A DNA stretch of 52,797 bases, counting the filler, from Malassezia furfur (Eukaryota): the NCBI GenBank assembly GCA_052055015.1. It is 2 parts of 2 records of this genome, joined end to end, with 100 filler letters (N's around TTAATTAATTAA, not from the genome) between each part and the next. Parts side by side here need not be neighbours in the genome. Positions count along the whole stretch, not along the records: positions 1 to 26,385 come from JBQJIT010000126.1; positions 26,486 to 52,797 come from JBQJIT010000127.1. One strand, given 5' to 3'. The notes under the pieces were generated by a model, which worked only from the letters and a program-made list of their open reading frames with translations, was not told the DNA's origin and made no database searches. The position numbers were made by a program, and so were the translations under genes. Shown in pieces: positions 20,106 through 29,297 of the stretch (position 1 is its first letter; every line of letters starts with the position of its first letter).

Positions 20106-21857
20106 ATGTCCGTTTCGGAATTGAAAGCGAAGGGCAACGCAAGCTTTGCTGCCAAGGACTACAACAGTGCTATCCAGTACTACACCGATGCGATCGCAGC
20201 CGCGGAGCAGTCCGGTGAGAAGGATGGGCTGCACGTGCTCTACTCGAACCGCAGTGCATCGCAGGCCGGTCTCAAGAACTGGGACGAGGCGCTGAAGGAT
20301 GCAGAGAAGACCATCGAGACCAACCCGTCGTTCGCCAAGGGCTACGGCCGTAAGGGCAGTGCGCTGCACGGCGCGCACAAGTACGACGAGGCCATTGCAG
20401 CGTACAAGACGGGCCTCGAAAAGAACCCCGACGATGCGGCGCTCAAGCGTGGGCTCGAAGACGTGGAGCGCGCCAAGAGCGCGGGCAACCCCGGCGAGTC
20501 GATCGGCAAAATGTTCCAGGACCCCCAGATGTTTGAGAAGCTGGGTGCCAACCCCAAAACGGCGCCGCTGCTCGCCGACGCTGGGTTCGTGCAGAAGCTC
20601 AAGGAGCTGCAAAAGGGCGGCAGCAACCCAATGATGATGATGCAGGACCCCCGCATGATTCAGGTGATGGGCGTGCTGATGGGCATCGACCTGCAGGCGT
20701 TTGAGCGCCCCGAGGACGTGCCGGGCGCCGCGGCGAAGGAAGCCGCGCAGGAGACGCCCAAGCCGGCGCCCGAGCCCGCGAAGGAGGCGCCCAAGCAACC
20801 CGAGGCGCCGAAGCAGGCCGAGGTGCCCGAGGAGCCCATGCCCGAGGCTGACAGCGAGGAGGCCAAGAACAAGGCCGCGGCCGATGCGGAGAAGAAGCTC
20901 GGCAACGAGCGCTACCTGAAGCGCGACTTTGGCCCTGCTGCCGAGCACTACCAAAAGGCGTGGGAGCTGTACCACGACATTACCTACCTGAACAACCTCG
21001 GTGCCGTCTACTACGAGGAGGGCCGCTACGAGGACTGCATCAAGGCATGCGAGCAGGCCGTCCAGGAGGGCCGCTCGATGCGGGCCGACTACAAGCTCGT
21101 CGCCAAGGCATTCGGGCGTATCGGCTCGGCATATGTGAAGCTCGACAACCTTGACCAGGCCATCGAGTACTTCCAGCGCTCGCTCACTGAGCACCGCACC
21201 GCCGAGATCCTCAACAAGCTGCGCGACGCCGAAAAGGAGCAAAAGGAGCGTGCGCGCCAGGCCTACCTGGACCCTGCCAAGTCGGAGGAGGAGCGCAACC
21301 GCGGCAACACGCTGTACAAGGAGGGCGACTTCCCTGGCTCCGTGCAGGCGTACACGGAGGCGATCAAGCGCAATCCGTCGGACCCGCGCAACTATACGAA
21401 CCGTGCCTCGGCCTACACCAAGCTGGCGGCGCTGCCTGAGGCGCTCAAGGACACAAACGAGGCGATCAAGGTGGACGACAAGTTCGTCAAGGCATACATC
21501 CGCAAGAGCAACGTGCTGTTCGCCATGAAGGAGTACACCAAGGCGCTCGAGGCGATCCAGCTTGCTGCAGACGTCGACAAGGAGCAGGGCAACGCCAACC
21601 AGCGTGAGATCCAGGCGCAGAACGCCAAGTGCATGAATGCGCTCTACTCGCAGCGCTCGAACGAGACCGAGGAGCAGACGCTCGAGCGTGCGATGCGCGA
21701 CCCCGAGGTGGCGGGCATCATGCAGGACCCTGTGATGCAGTCCATCCTGCAGCAGGCGCAATCCAACCCCGCGGCGCTGCAGGACCACATGAAGAACCCG
21801 AGCATCCGCTCCAAGATCCAAAAGCTGGTCGCTGCTGGCATCATCCGGACGCGTTAA
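20106..21857 (+). CDS. STI1: Hsp70/Hsp90 co-chaperone Sti1/Hop
   Basis: TPR1 (LKAKGN..F, HVLYSNRSA, KGYGRKG), DP1 (QDPRM), TPR2A (EKKLGN, YLNN.GAVY), TPR2B (GN..YK.GD, YTNRA), DP2 (DPEV..IMQDPVMQSILQQ...KIQKLVAAGIIR). Confidence 0.96.
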   Translation: MSVSELKAKGNASFAAKDYNSAIQYYTDAIAAAEQSGEKDGLHVLYSNRSASQAGLKNWDEALKDAEKTIETNPSFAKGYGRKGSALHGAHKYDEAIAAYKTGLEKNPDDAALKRGLEDVERAKSAGNPGESIGKMFQDPQMFEKLGANPKTAPLLADAGFVQKLKELQKGGSNPMMMMQDPRMIQVMGVLMGIDLQAFERPEDVPGAAAKEAAQETPKPAPEPAKEAPKQPEAPKQAEVPEEPMPEADSEEAKNKAAADAEKKLGNERYLKRDFGPAAEHYQKAWELYHDITYLNNLGAVYYEEGRYEDCIKACEQAVQEGRSMRADYKLVAKAFGRIGSAYVKLDNLDQAIEYFQRSLTEHRTAEILNKLRDAEKEQKERARQAYLDPAKSEEERNRGNTLYKEGDFPGSVQAYTEAIKRNPSDPRNYTNRASAYTKLAALPEALKDTNEAIKVDDKFVKAYIRKSNVLFAMKEYTKALEAIQLAADVDKEQGNANQREIQAQNAKCMNALYSQRSNETEEQTLERAMRDPEVAGIMQDPVMQSILQQAQSNPAALQDHMKNPSIRSKIQKLVAAGIIRTR

Positions 21858-21976
21858 TGTACCATAGCCCTATAGCCTTCCACCACGGCGTCATACCAGC
21901 CCACCAGAATTTCCCTTGCACGACGCAGCGCCCGTGCGCTCCACCGGGAGATCACGTGCCTTGACTTTTTCGCAGC

Positions 21977-22615
21977 ATGGCGAGCGGTGCGCGTGGCCGA
22001 GGGGGGGCCGGCGGCGGGCGCAGCGCAGCGATGGGTCTGTTCCAGGGAAATGGACTGGTCTACACCGAAGGTCCCGTCGAAGACGCACAGGAGGACGAGG
22101 TCGTGTTTGCGCCGCCGAGCGAGACTGAGCGCACCATGGCGCGGAAACAGCTCGAGATCTTGCGGCGCCAGGCCGACTCGCCGTACTGGGCGCGGCAGCC
22201 GTCGCTGCGTGCGGACGAGCGCGAGCTACCGCGGTACACAGACCGCTACCACCCCGATCGGCTCGCGACGGCGACAGCTGCATCGCTGCTGCAGCACGCA
22301 CCACTGCACAAAGACATTTTCCCGCCCAACCTCTGGGCGAGCTTCACTAGCACCGAGGCGAAGCGCGTGCGCCATGCGCCGCGGTCACGTCATGCGACGC
22401 AGATTGACTGGGACAATCTGCACGCCGAGGAGAAGCGCGCGGGAGGCGAGGGCGAAGAAGAGGACGCGCCCGAGTCGGACGAAGAGGACCTCGGCGACTA
22501 CGAGGACGAAGACGAAGACGACTACGCCCAAAACTACTTTGACAACGGCGAGGACGACGATGAGGGCGACAACGACGATATGGGAGGCGGCGGTGATGAG
22601 GCTGCATTTGATTAA
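21977..22615 (+). CDS. RPC31: RNA polymerase III subunit Rpc31/RPC7
   Basis: RGG N-terminus, DSPYW, RYTDRY, FPPNLW, acidic C-terminus with DDYAQNYFDNGEDD. Confidence 0.85.
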   Translation: MASGARGRGGAGGGRSAAMGLFQGNGLVYTEGPVEDAQEDEVVFAPPSETERTMARKQLEILRRQADSPYWARQPSLRADERELPRYTDRYHPDRLATATAASLLQHAPLHKDIFPPNLWASFTSTEAKRVRHAPRSRHATQIDWDNLHAEEKRAGGEGEEEDAPESDEEDLGDYEDEDEDDYAQNYFDNGEDDDEGDNDDMGGGGDEAAFD

Positions 22616-22623
22616 GTGTAGAT

Positions 22624-23223
22624 TTAGCGGATACCAGCGAACCGCGCTACGAGCTGGGTATAGTATCGGAGCAGGGCATAGTGCGTCTGCGCGAGAACGA
22701 CGCGAGCCGTGGCGGCCCACAGCGCGCGGTTGTAGTTGCGTAGCCGGCCCGCGTTCGTCGCGAGCCATGCGCGGTAGAAGGGGGCAACCTGCTCGAGGGG
22801 CGCCTCGCCCACAACGGCGCCCGATGCCGCCTCGTACTCCTCTCGCGCGCGTTGGAAGCGCGCATTGTTGTCCGACCAGAACCGCTGGTTGAATTGGTCC
22901 AGCCACATGGACTGCAGCCGAGCCTGGAGCTGTGCAGCCTCGAGGCGATTGCTGAGACGGTGCACATATTGCGCCAGCGTGCCGTGCGGCACACTCGAGG
23001 TCGGCACGGAAAATTCGGAGAGGGAGTAGGGATGCGCGGACGTTGTGCGAGTCTCTCCCTGCGGGTGTGTGCGCGAGGATTGCGTACCCTGACTATGTCC
23101 CACGCCAAACACGACGGGTCGCAGGTTGGAGAGGGCGTCGGGTGGCCCGACATACATGGGTGGCTGCGACCACCGCGCGCGGATGGTGCGGCCAGCGGCG
23201 CGGCTCGCGCTCGCAAACGGCAT
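22624..23223 (-). CDS. COA8: COA8/APOPT1-like cytochrome c oxidase assembly factor (DUF2315)
   Basis: VGPPDALSNLRPV, FNQRFWSDNNARF, FYRAWL..N......YN..W; Arg/Ala-rich presequence. Confidence 0.75.
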   Translation of the reverse strand: MPFASASRAAGRTIRARWSQPPMYVGPPDALSNLRPVVFGVGHSQGTQSSRTHPQGETRTTSAHPYSLSEFSVPTSSVPHGTLAQYVHRLSNRLEAAQLQARLQSMWLDQFNQRFWSDNNARFQRAREEYEAASGAVVGEAPLEQVAPFYRAWLATNAGRLRNYNRALWAATARVVLAQTHYALLRYYTQLVARFAGIR

Positions 23224-23434
23224 CGTGGAGGTGGAGGCAGTCGACGCGTTCGGATCGGCGTGGATATGGCTGAGTCAGCGAGCTACCGGTTGCATGGGGC
23301 CGGTTTGGTCGGTTGTGTTGGGCAAATTGGGCGCACCCAAATGCCGTGCGCGTTCATCGGGGACGGAAATAAGCGCGGACAGGGCCTACCTTAGGGATCG
23401 AGTCCCACAAGTGTGGAGAAGTGTGCAAAAGACC

Positions 23435-26143
23435 ATGTCGTACCTTGCGCCGCCGGGGTACGCCAAATGGCATCCGGAAGTCCTGAACGAAGGACGGGGT
23501 GACCAGTATTCCGCGCAGCCGCTTATGGGTACGGCACCGCACTCGTGGGACATCCTGCCTCCCATTTATTCGGCGCAGGATGAGCGCCCCGACCGCGAGT
23601 CCAGGAACAAGTCGCGTAAGCTCGGCAAGACGTGTGGAGAATGCCGTCGGCAGCACCTGCGCTGCGACTATTCCTTACGCGAGGAGGCTGCGGCGCTGCA
23701 GTCGCAGCGCACGGGTGTACCTCCCGCGCGCGTGCAGTGCACACGCTGCGAACACCGTGGCGTGGAATGTGTGCAAGTGAGCGTTTCCATGTCGCGCTAC
23801 TACCCGCGCCCGAGTCGTACCGGTCGACGCATCGAGCTGGGCCGCCAGCTGCATGGCTCCGCTGTATACCCCGACCCCAACGACGTGGCTGACGACGAGC
23901 ACAAAGACACGTCCGACGATGCCGCGGCACAGCGCGAGCTGTCCTGGCCGCGCATATACCTTCGCATGATCAAGGTGTTTTTCTCCTATACGCAAGCGCA
24001 TTTCCCGCTCATTTCGTACGAGCGGTTCGCACGTGCCTTCAACGCGTCGTACGGCGACTTGAAGGTCATGGCGCAGTTTATCAACCAGAAGGACACAGCG
24101 GCCGGCGGCCGGCCCTACCAGTACTCGGGCACCCAGCACCTGTCGCTGCAGCGCGGGAATGCCGAGGAAGAGTGTACGCCGGAGACACTCGAGGTGCTCA
24201 TCGCTGTGATCCTTGCGGCAGCGGCGCGGCATGTGCACCTGCCGTTTGAGACGCTCGACCCCGCCATCTTTACCAAGATGGGCACAACCTCGCTGGTGGA
24301 CGCCATCCTGGCGGACCCCGAGCTCGGATGCAAGCGCAAGCAGCCGCCCACGGACGTGCGGCACGGCACGGACGTGTCCGACTCGCTGGTCGGCGGTGCC
24401 GAGGGCGGCAAGCGGCGCGTCAAGCGGCGGCAGGGTGTCGCGTGCGATACGTGCCGGCTGCGTCGCGTGCGCTGCGACCTGATGGAGCAGCCGCCGGGGA
24501 GCAAGGCGTGCTCGCGGTGCCGCGTGAAGCGTATCGTATGCACGGACCGCTACATCCAGTGGAAGCAGCAGCGCGACCTGCAGAAGCGCGCGACGGGCCA
24601 GGCGAGCGACGCGCGCATGGTGCCGGTCGCCGTGTCGTGTGTGCAGCTCCTGCCTGAGCTGCACGAGTTTGAGTTTGACGAAATGCTGTCGCCGTCGACG
24701 CTGAACCTGTCGCAGCAGGAGCTGCTCGAGTGTGGCATGGTGCGCGAGAATGTGTGCAACCTGCTGCTGAACCGGGCGCTGCTGTTGGTGCACAAGTACG
24801 ACCTGCAGCACACGTGCAACATGCAGAGTGCGATGTGCCTGCTGCTGCTCGCGACGCTGCTCGACTATGCGCGCCCCGAGATGGCGTTCAACGCGCAGAT
24901 CGCGAGCGTGCGCCATCTGCAGGCGCTCCAGCCGTACGTGCACATCGACTTTGCGGGCATTGAGGAGCCGAGCATCGCGCACATGCGCCTGTGTGAGGTG
25001 TTTGCGTCGCGCATGCAGCTGTGCACGTGGGTGCACGACGCGGTGCTGAACGTGTCGTACCAGCGACGCCCGCAGTTTGCCTACGACTGGATCCTTGTGG
25101 GCGAGCGGTGTTCCGATGCGCCGGCTGGCGCATCGTCGCGCGAGTCGCTGCGTGCGCTGCGCGTGCACGAGCTGCACAAGTTCCTGCGTGACGACCTTCC
25201 CGAGATGACCGCCATGGTGCTTGTGTTTAGCTCCACGACGCACCTTGGCCGCATTGCGCACCGCATGTACCGCGATCTGATCGAGCCGCTCGCGAAGCAG
25301 ACGTCGCTCCCGAGCGAGGCCGACGTGCAGCACATCGCCGACGTGGCGCACTCGCTGTGGGAGGATTTGTACACGGTGGAGGTCGCGCACAAGTTCTGGG
25401 CGCGGCGTGCGCGCAACGGGCTGCGCGAGCTGCGCGCGATCAGCATTGTGCACTGGTCGACGATGATGTACAGCCTCATGTTTATCCTGTACCAGGCTGT
25501 GACACGCTGCCTGCGCGACTGGTTCATCACGAACAACTCGCAGCTTTCGCGCGGATCGGAGAGTGAAGAGACACGCACGAGTGTCCTCGACGCGATCCGC
25601 CGCGTCTTCCAAGAGAGCCAGGAGCGCATGCTGTGCATGTGCCGCGCATTTGCCTACCTCGCGCGCAACCAGCTCTCCACGGGGCTGCTGCACCGCGCGA
25701 CGTCCCTCACGCGCCAGCTGTTCCGTGTTGCGCAGTTCATCGCACGCTCGCAGCCGATCGAGAACGGCGCGGGGTCGGGCGACGCGGCGCACAACGACAC
25801 GGTCATGCCGATGCGCCGCACCGTGCCCGCAGAGCACGCGGCTGCGCGCGTCGACTTCTTGCTGAATCCAGCGCAGGCGCCAAACGGCGATGCGGCGCCG
25901 CGGCGCAACGCAGTGGCGCCCACGCCCTCCGAGGACGCCCAGCTCGCGGCGCGCGAGAGCATCTTCGACCCAGAGCTGTGCGTCGCGATCCCGACGACGC
26001 GCACGCTCCCGCCGTTCATACGCGAGCGCAAGCGCGACGAGATCGACGGGTGCATCGAGGCGCTCGGGCAGATCGGCTACGCGTACGCGGGGCTCGAGAC
26101 CGAAATCCGGCGCATCGTGGATATCGTGCAGGCGATGAGCTAG
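23435..26143 (+). CDS. Fungal Zn(II)2Cys6 transcription factor with two binuclear clusters
   Basis: Cluster 1 CGECRRQHLRC-X24-CTRCEHRGVEC (23633-23770); cluster 2 CDTCRLRRVRC-X11-CSRCRVKRIVC (24443-24541); middle-homology-like FFSYTQAHFPLISYERF. ATG 23435 chosen because the upstream extension overlaps COA8. Confidence 0.85.
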   Translation: MSYLAPPGYAKWHPEVLNEGRGDQYSAQPLMGTAPHSWDILPPIYSAQDERPDRESRNKSRKLGKTCGECRRQHLRCDYSLREEAAALQSQRTGVPPARVQCTRCEHRGVECVQVSVSMSRYYPRPSRTGRRIELGRQLHGSAVYPDPNDVADDEHKDTSDDAAAQRELSWPRIYLRMIKVFFSYTQAHFPLISYERFARAFNASYGDLKVMAQFINQKDTAAGGRPYQYSGTQHLSLQRGNAEEECTPETLEVLIAVILAAAARHVHLPFETLDPAIFTKMGTTSLVDAILADPELGCKRKQPPTDVRHGTDVSDSLVGGAEGGKRRVKRRQGVACDTCRLRRVRCDLMEQPPGSKACSRCRVKRIVCTDRYIQWKQQRDLQKRATGQASDARMVPVAVSCVQLLPELHEFEFDEMLSPSTLNLSQQELLECGMVRENVCNLLLNRALLLVHKYDLQHTCNMQSAMCLLLLATLLDYARPEMAFNAQIASVRHLQALQPYVHIDFAGIEEPSIAHMRLCEVFASRMQLCTWVHDAVLNVSYQRRPQFAYDWILVGERCSDAPAGASSRESLRALRVHELHKFLRDDLPEMTAMVLVFSSTTHLGRIAHRMYRDLIEPLAKQTSLPSEADVQHIADVAHSLWEDLYTVEVAHKFWARRARNGLRELRAISIVHWSTMMYSLMFILYQAVTRCLRDWFITNNSQLSRGSESEETRTSVLDAIRRVFQESQERMLCMCRAFAYLARNQLSTGLLHRATSLTRQLFRVAQFIARSQPIENGAGSGDAAHNDTVMPMRRTVPAEHAAARVDFLLNPAQAPNGDAAPRRNAVAPTPSEDAQLAARESIFDPELCVAIPTTRTLPPFIRERKRDEIDGCIEALGQIGYAYAGLETEIRRIVDIVQAMS

Positions 26144-26385
26144 TTGCCTACGGACGTGTCGCGCAGCAGGCCATCGGCGAGCGTGCGCGCGGCCATGTAC
26201 AGGAACGGCGCCTGCGCACGGGCCTCGGTGAGCGCGTCGGGCTGGCGGTGAGCAAGGGGGCACAGACATACCATAGGCAGCAGCTCGATCTTTTCCAACA
26301 GCGGCAGCAGCGCCGTGCCCGCGCCCGCGCGGAGCGCCGCGGCGTCGGTGCGCGCCGACGAGTGGGCGGAGATTGCGCGCGAGCT
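26140..26385 (-). CDS. 3' fragment of an unidentified gene truncated by the assembly gap
   Basis: Open frame ...ALLPLLEKIELLPM|PDALTEARAQAPFLYMAARTLADGLLRDTSVGN*, candidate intron 26242-26271 (GTATGT..GCTCAC..CAG), stop 26142-26140. Confidence 0.4.
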   Translation of the reverse strand, partial: SSRAISAHSSARTDAAALRAGAGTALLPLLEKIELLPMVCLCPLAHRQPDALTEARAQAPFLYMAARTLADGLLRDTSVGN

Positions 26386-26485
26386 NNNNNNNNNNNNNNN
26401 NNNNNNNNNNNNNNNNNNNNNNNNNNNNNTTAATTAATTAANNNNNNNNNNNNNNNNNNNNNNNNNNNNNNNNNNNNNNNNNNNN
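26386..26485. other. Artificial contig linker: N44-TTAATTAATTAA-N44
   Basis: Exactly 100 bp; the central 12-mer (26430-26441) places stops in all six frames, as in pseudomolecule spacers. Confidence 0.97.
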
Positions 26486-27481
26486 GCACGGCGTCGACCT
26501 GGTGCCGCTCGACGTGCCTGGCCTCGCGGCGTCGGGCGCGTAAACGAGCAGCTCGCGGTGCGTCTGCCCCGCGTCGTCCTGGAAGCCGGCGAGCACCACC
26601 TCGACATCGAGCGAGCGCTCCGTGCAAAAGGTGCGCAGCGCGTCGGTGAGCGCGTCGCTGCCGTCGCGCACGAGGGCCGCAAGCGGCTCCACGGTGCTCG
26701 AGGTGCCGATGCGCCACACACCGCCGCCCTGGGCCTCGCACTCGAGCCGCTTGTAGTCGCGTCGGAGCTTTTGCGGGACACTCAGGCCCGACACGTCCGA
26801 CTTGGCACGCACCAGCGCGTCAAACAGCGCAGCCTGTGCGTTGGCGCTTGGGTAGGACGACTGCCGCGCAAGGAACGTGCGCGCCGCCTCGTCCACGGCC
26901 TGTGCCTTGCCCGCGTCCGGCGAAAAGTTGTACGTGTCAATCAGCACGGCGCTCAGCAGCAGGTCGGCCATCGCAGGGGGCAGCGGCGGCGCCGGCGGCA
27001 GCCGCGGCGCAAAGTACGTCGTCAGCACACTCGCGCACGAGCCTGCGCGCTCCGGCTGCACCACAACACGCGCACCGGCGTCCGTGTGCATCCCCTCGTC
27101 CACATGGTGGTCCAGGACCGCCGCGACGTGCGCCGCCCGGAACGCATCGCTCACACGGTTGTGGTCAACGAGCGCGAGCACGGCGTCCGTGCCGAGCGCC
27201 GGCATCTCGTCGACACACACGAGCACCTCTGGATCCACGCGGCACTTGTGCAGCATCGCCAGGTTCTCGGGGCGCAGCACGAGGTCCGCCCGCGGCGTCT
27301 GCACCACCGGCACCCACTGGGGGCCGCTCGGCTCGGCGTACTGCGAAAGGAACGCAAAGCCAATGGCACACGCAAGGCTATCAAGGTCACCGGCCTCGTT
27401 ACCGAGCACCCAGTGGGTTGCACCGCGCGCAGCGAGCCCTTTGCGGGTACGCAGGAACGCAGCGAGCGGAGCGGAGGCCAT
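26486..27481 (-). CDS. PPX1: Exopolyphosphatase (DHH/DHHA2, Prune/Ppx1 family), 3'-truncated by gap
   Basis: GNEAGDLDS, LVDHN, VLDHHVD, GSCASVL, VLIDTYN, LRRDYK; ATG 27481. Confidence 0.88.
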
Positions 27482-27583
27482 GGTGTGGGGTACCAACGGT
27501 GCGCTCCACCCCGCGCACGGCCTGACGAACGAAATGGGCCGCTTTTTTTTTTTTTGCACGCACCTCCACCCCACGCCGCTACC

Positions 27584-29275
27584 ATGCCGCCGGCTGCCGC
27601 GGAGGGATTCGAGGCGTTTGCGCACCTGCTGGACGCGCGCCTGCTGCGTGCGCTTGCCAAGTTGGGCTACGGTACCCCCACGCCCGTGCAGCGCGAGTCC
27701 ATCGAGCATGCACTGGGCGGCAACGCGCGCGATATCCTTGCACGTGCCCGCACCGGCAGCGGCAAGACGCTGGCGTATGCACTGCCGCTCCTGCAAAAGA
27801 TCCTGGTGGCGAAACGCGCGACGAGCAAGGCGTCGGAGAACTATGCTGGTACGCGCGCGCTCGTGCTCGTGCCGACGCGTGAGCTTGCCGAGCAGGCGCA
27901 CCGCCAGCTGCGCGACGTGCTGACCTACTGCCACGACGAGGTGCAAGTCGCGAACCTGGCGCGCTCCGTGAGCAACGCCGTGCAGGAGCTGCTCCTCTCC
28001 GAGAAACCGGATGTAGTGATCGCGACGCCCTCACGCGCCCTCGCGAGCCTCAAGTCGGGCGATCTGGTGCTCTCCTCGACGCTCGAGACGCTGGTGATCG
28101 ACGAGGCGGACCTCATCTTCTCGTACGGGCACGACGAGGAGGTCAAGGCGATTCTGCGCGACGGCTATCTCCCCCGCAAGTACCAGACCTTTTTGATGAG
28201 TGCGACGCTGAGCGACGACATCGACACGCTGCAGGGTCTCGTGCTCAAGGAGCCGGTCGTCCTCAAGCTGGAGAACGACACGTCGCTGGCACAGCAGCTG
28301 TTGCAGTACCACGTGTACACCTCCGAGGAGGACAAGTTTCTGCTCACCTACGTGATCCTCAAGCTGCGGCTGATCCGCGGCAAGTGCCTCTTGTTTGTGA
28401 ACGACATCGACCGGTGCTTCCGTTTGAAGCTCTTTCTGGAGCAATTTGGGCTGCGCACGTGCGTTTTGAACGAGGAGCTGCCGGTGAACAGCCGCTTCCA
28501 CATCGTCGAGGAGTTCAACAAGGGCAAGTACGACTACATCATCGCGACCGACGCCAACGCCGCCACGGGCAAGACGACCGAGTACGGTGTCTCGCGCGGC
28601 ATCGACTTTGTCGCCGTGGCGTGCGTCATCAACTTTGACTTGCCGACGTCCACCAGTGCATATACCCACCGCGTCGGGCGCACGGCCCGCGCAGGCAACA
28701 CCGGCACGGCGCTGAGTTTTGTCGTGCCCGCGGACGAGTTCGGCAAGAAGAAGGCGATCAGCTGCCCGACGTGCCGCGACGACGAAGCCGTCTGGGCCAA
28801 GATTGTGCGCAGCCAGCAAAAAGCGGGCCTCGTGGGCCCCGAGGGGATCCCGGCGTGGCGCTACGATCCAAAGCAGGTCGACGCGTTCCGCTACCGCATG
28901 CAGGACGCGCTGCGCAGCGTCACCAAGGTCGCAATCAAGGAGGCGCGCATCCAGGAAATCAAGAACGAGATCCTGAACAGCAAGGCGCTCAAGGCGCACT
29001 TTGAGGAAAACCCCAAGGACCTCGAGTATCTGCGCCACGACCGCGCGGTACACCCCGCGCGCGTGCACCAGCACATGCGGCACATCCCGGCCTACCTGCG
29101 CCCCCGCATCGCGGCGATCCCCGGCACCGCGCAGGACGCGCGGCCTGTGGGCTACGTTCCGAAGCACAAGAGCCCCAAGGGCCGTACGAAAGCGGGCAAG
29201 CCGCACGGCAAGCCTGCGGGGCGCGCGGCAGGCGCCAAGAAGAAAAACGACCCGCTCCGCAAATTCCGCTCGTAG
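27584..29275 (+). CDS. DBP9: DEAD-box RNA helicase Dbp9/DDX56 (60S biogenesis)
   Basis: ARARTGSGKT, LVPTRELA, VIDEADL, LMSAT, EEDKFLL.YV.LKL.LI.GK, EYGVSRGIDF, YTHRVGRTAR, FRYR..DALR.VT, HFEENP.DL..LRHD, KKNDPLRKF. Confidence 0.95.
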   Translation: MPPAAAEGFEAFAHLLDARLLRALAKLGYGTPTPVQRESIEHALGGNARDILARARTGSGKTLAYALPLLQKILVAKRATSKASENYAGTRALVLVPTRELAEQAHRQLRDVLTYCHDEVQVANLARSVSNAVQELLLSEKPDVVIATPSRALASLKSGDLVLSSTLETLVIDEADLIFSYGHDEEVKAILRDGYLPRKYQTFLMSATLSDDIDTLQGLVLKEPVVLKLENDTSLAQQLLQYHVYTSEEDKFLLTYVILKLRLIRGKCLLFVNDIDRCFRLKLFLEQFGLRTCVLNEELPVNSRFHIVEEFNKGKYDYIIATDANAATGKTTEYGVSRGIDFVAVACVINFDLPTSTSAYTHRVGRTARAGNTGTALSFVVPADEFGKKKAISCPTCRDDEAVWAKIVRSQQKAGLVGPEGIPAWRYDPKQVDAFRYRMQDALRSVTKVAIKEARIQEIKNEILNSKALKAHFEENPKDLEYLRHDRAVHPARVHQHMRHIPAYLRPRIAAIPGTAQDARPVGYVPKHKSPKGRTKAGKPHGKPAGRAAGAKKKNDPLRKFRS

Positions 29276-29297
29276 GACGTAGTTGTGCCTCCACACC

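Noticed and set aside
23126..23434. N-terminal ORF extensions in the ORF track (TF; also STI1 from 19557, DBP9 from 26558, MFS from 5876 and 44145)
   Set aside because: They begin at non-preferred or non-ATG starts and overlap neighbouring genes; the family N-termini start at the downstream ATGs.
26430..26441. Palindromic TTAATTAATTAA island between N runs
   Set aside because: Synthetic six-frame-stop spacer from scaffolding, not biological.
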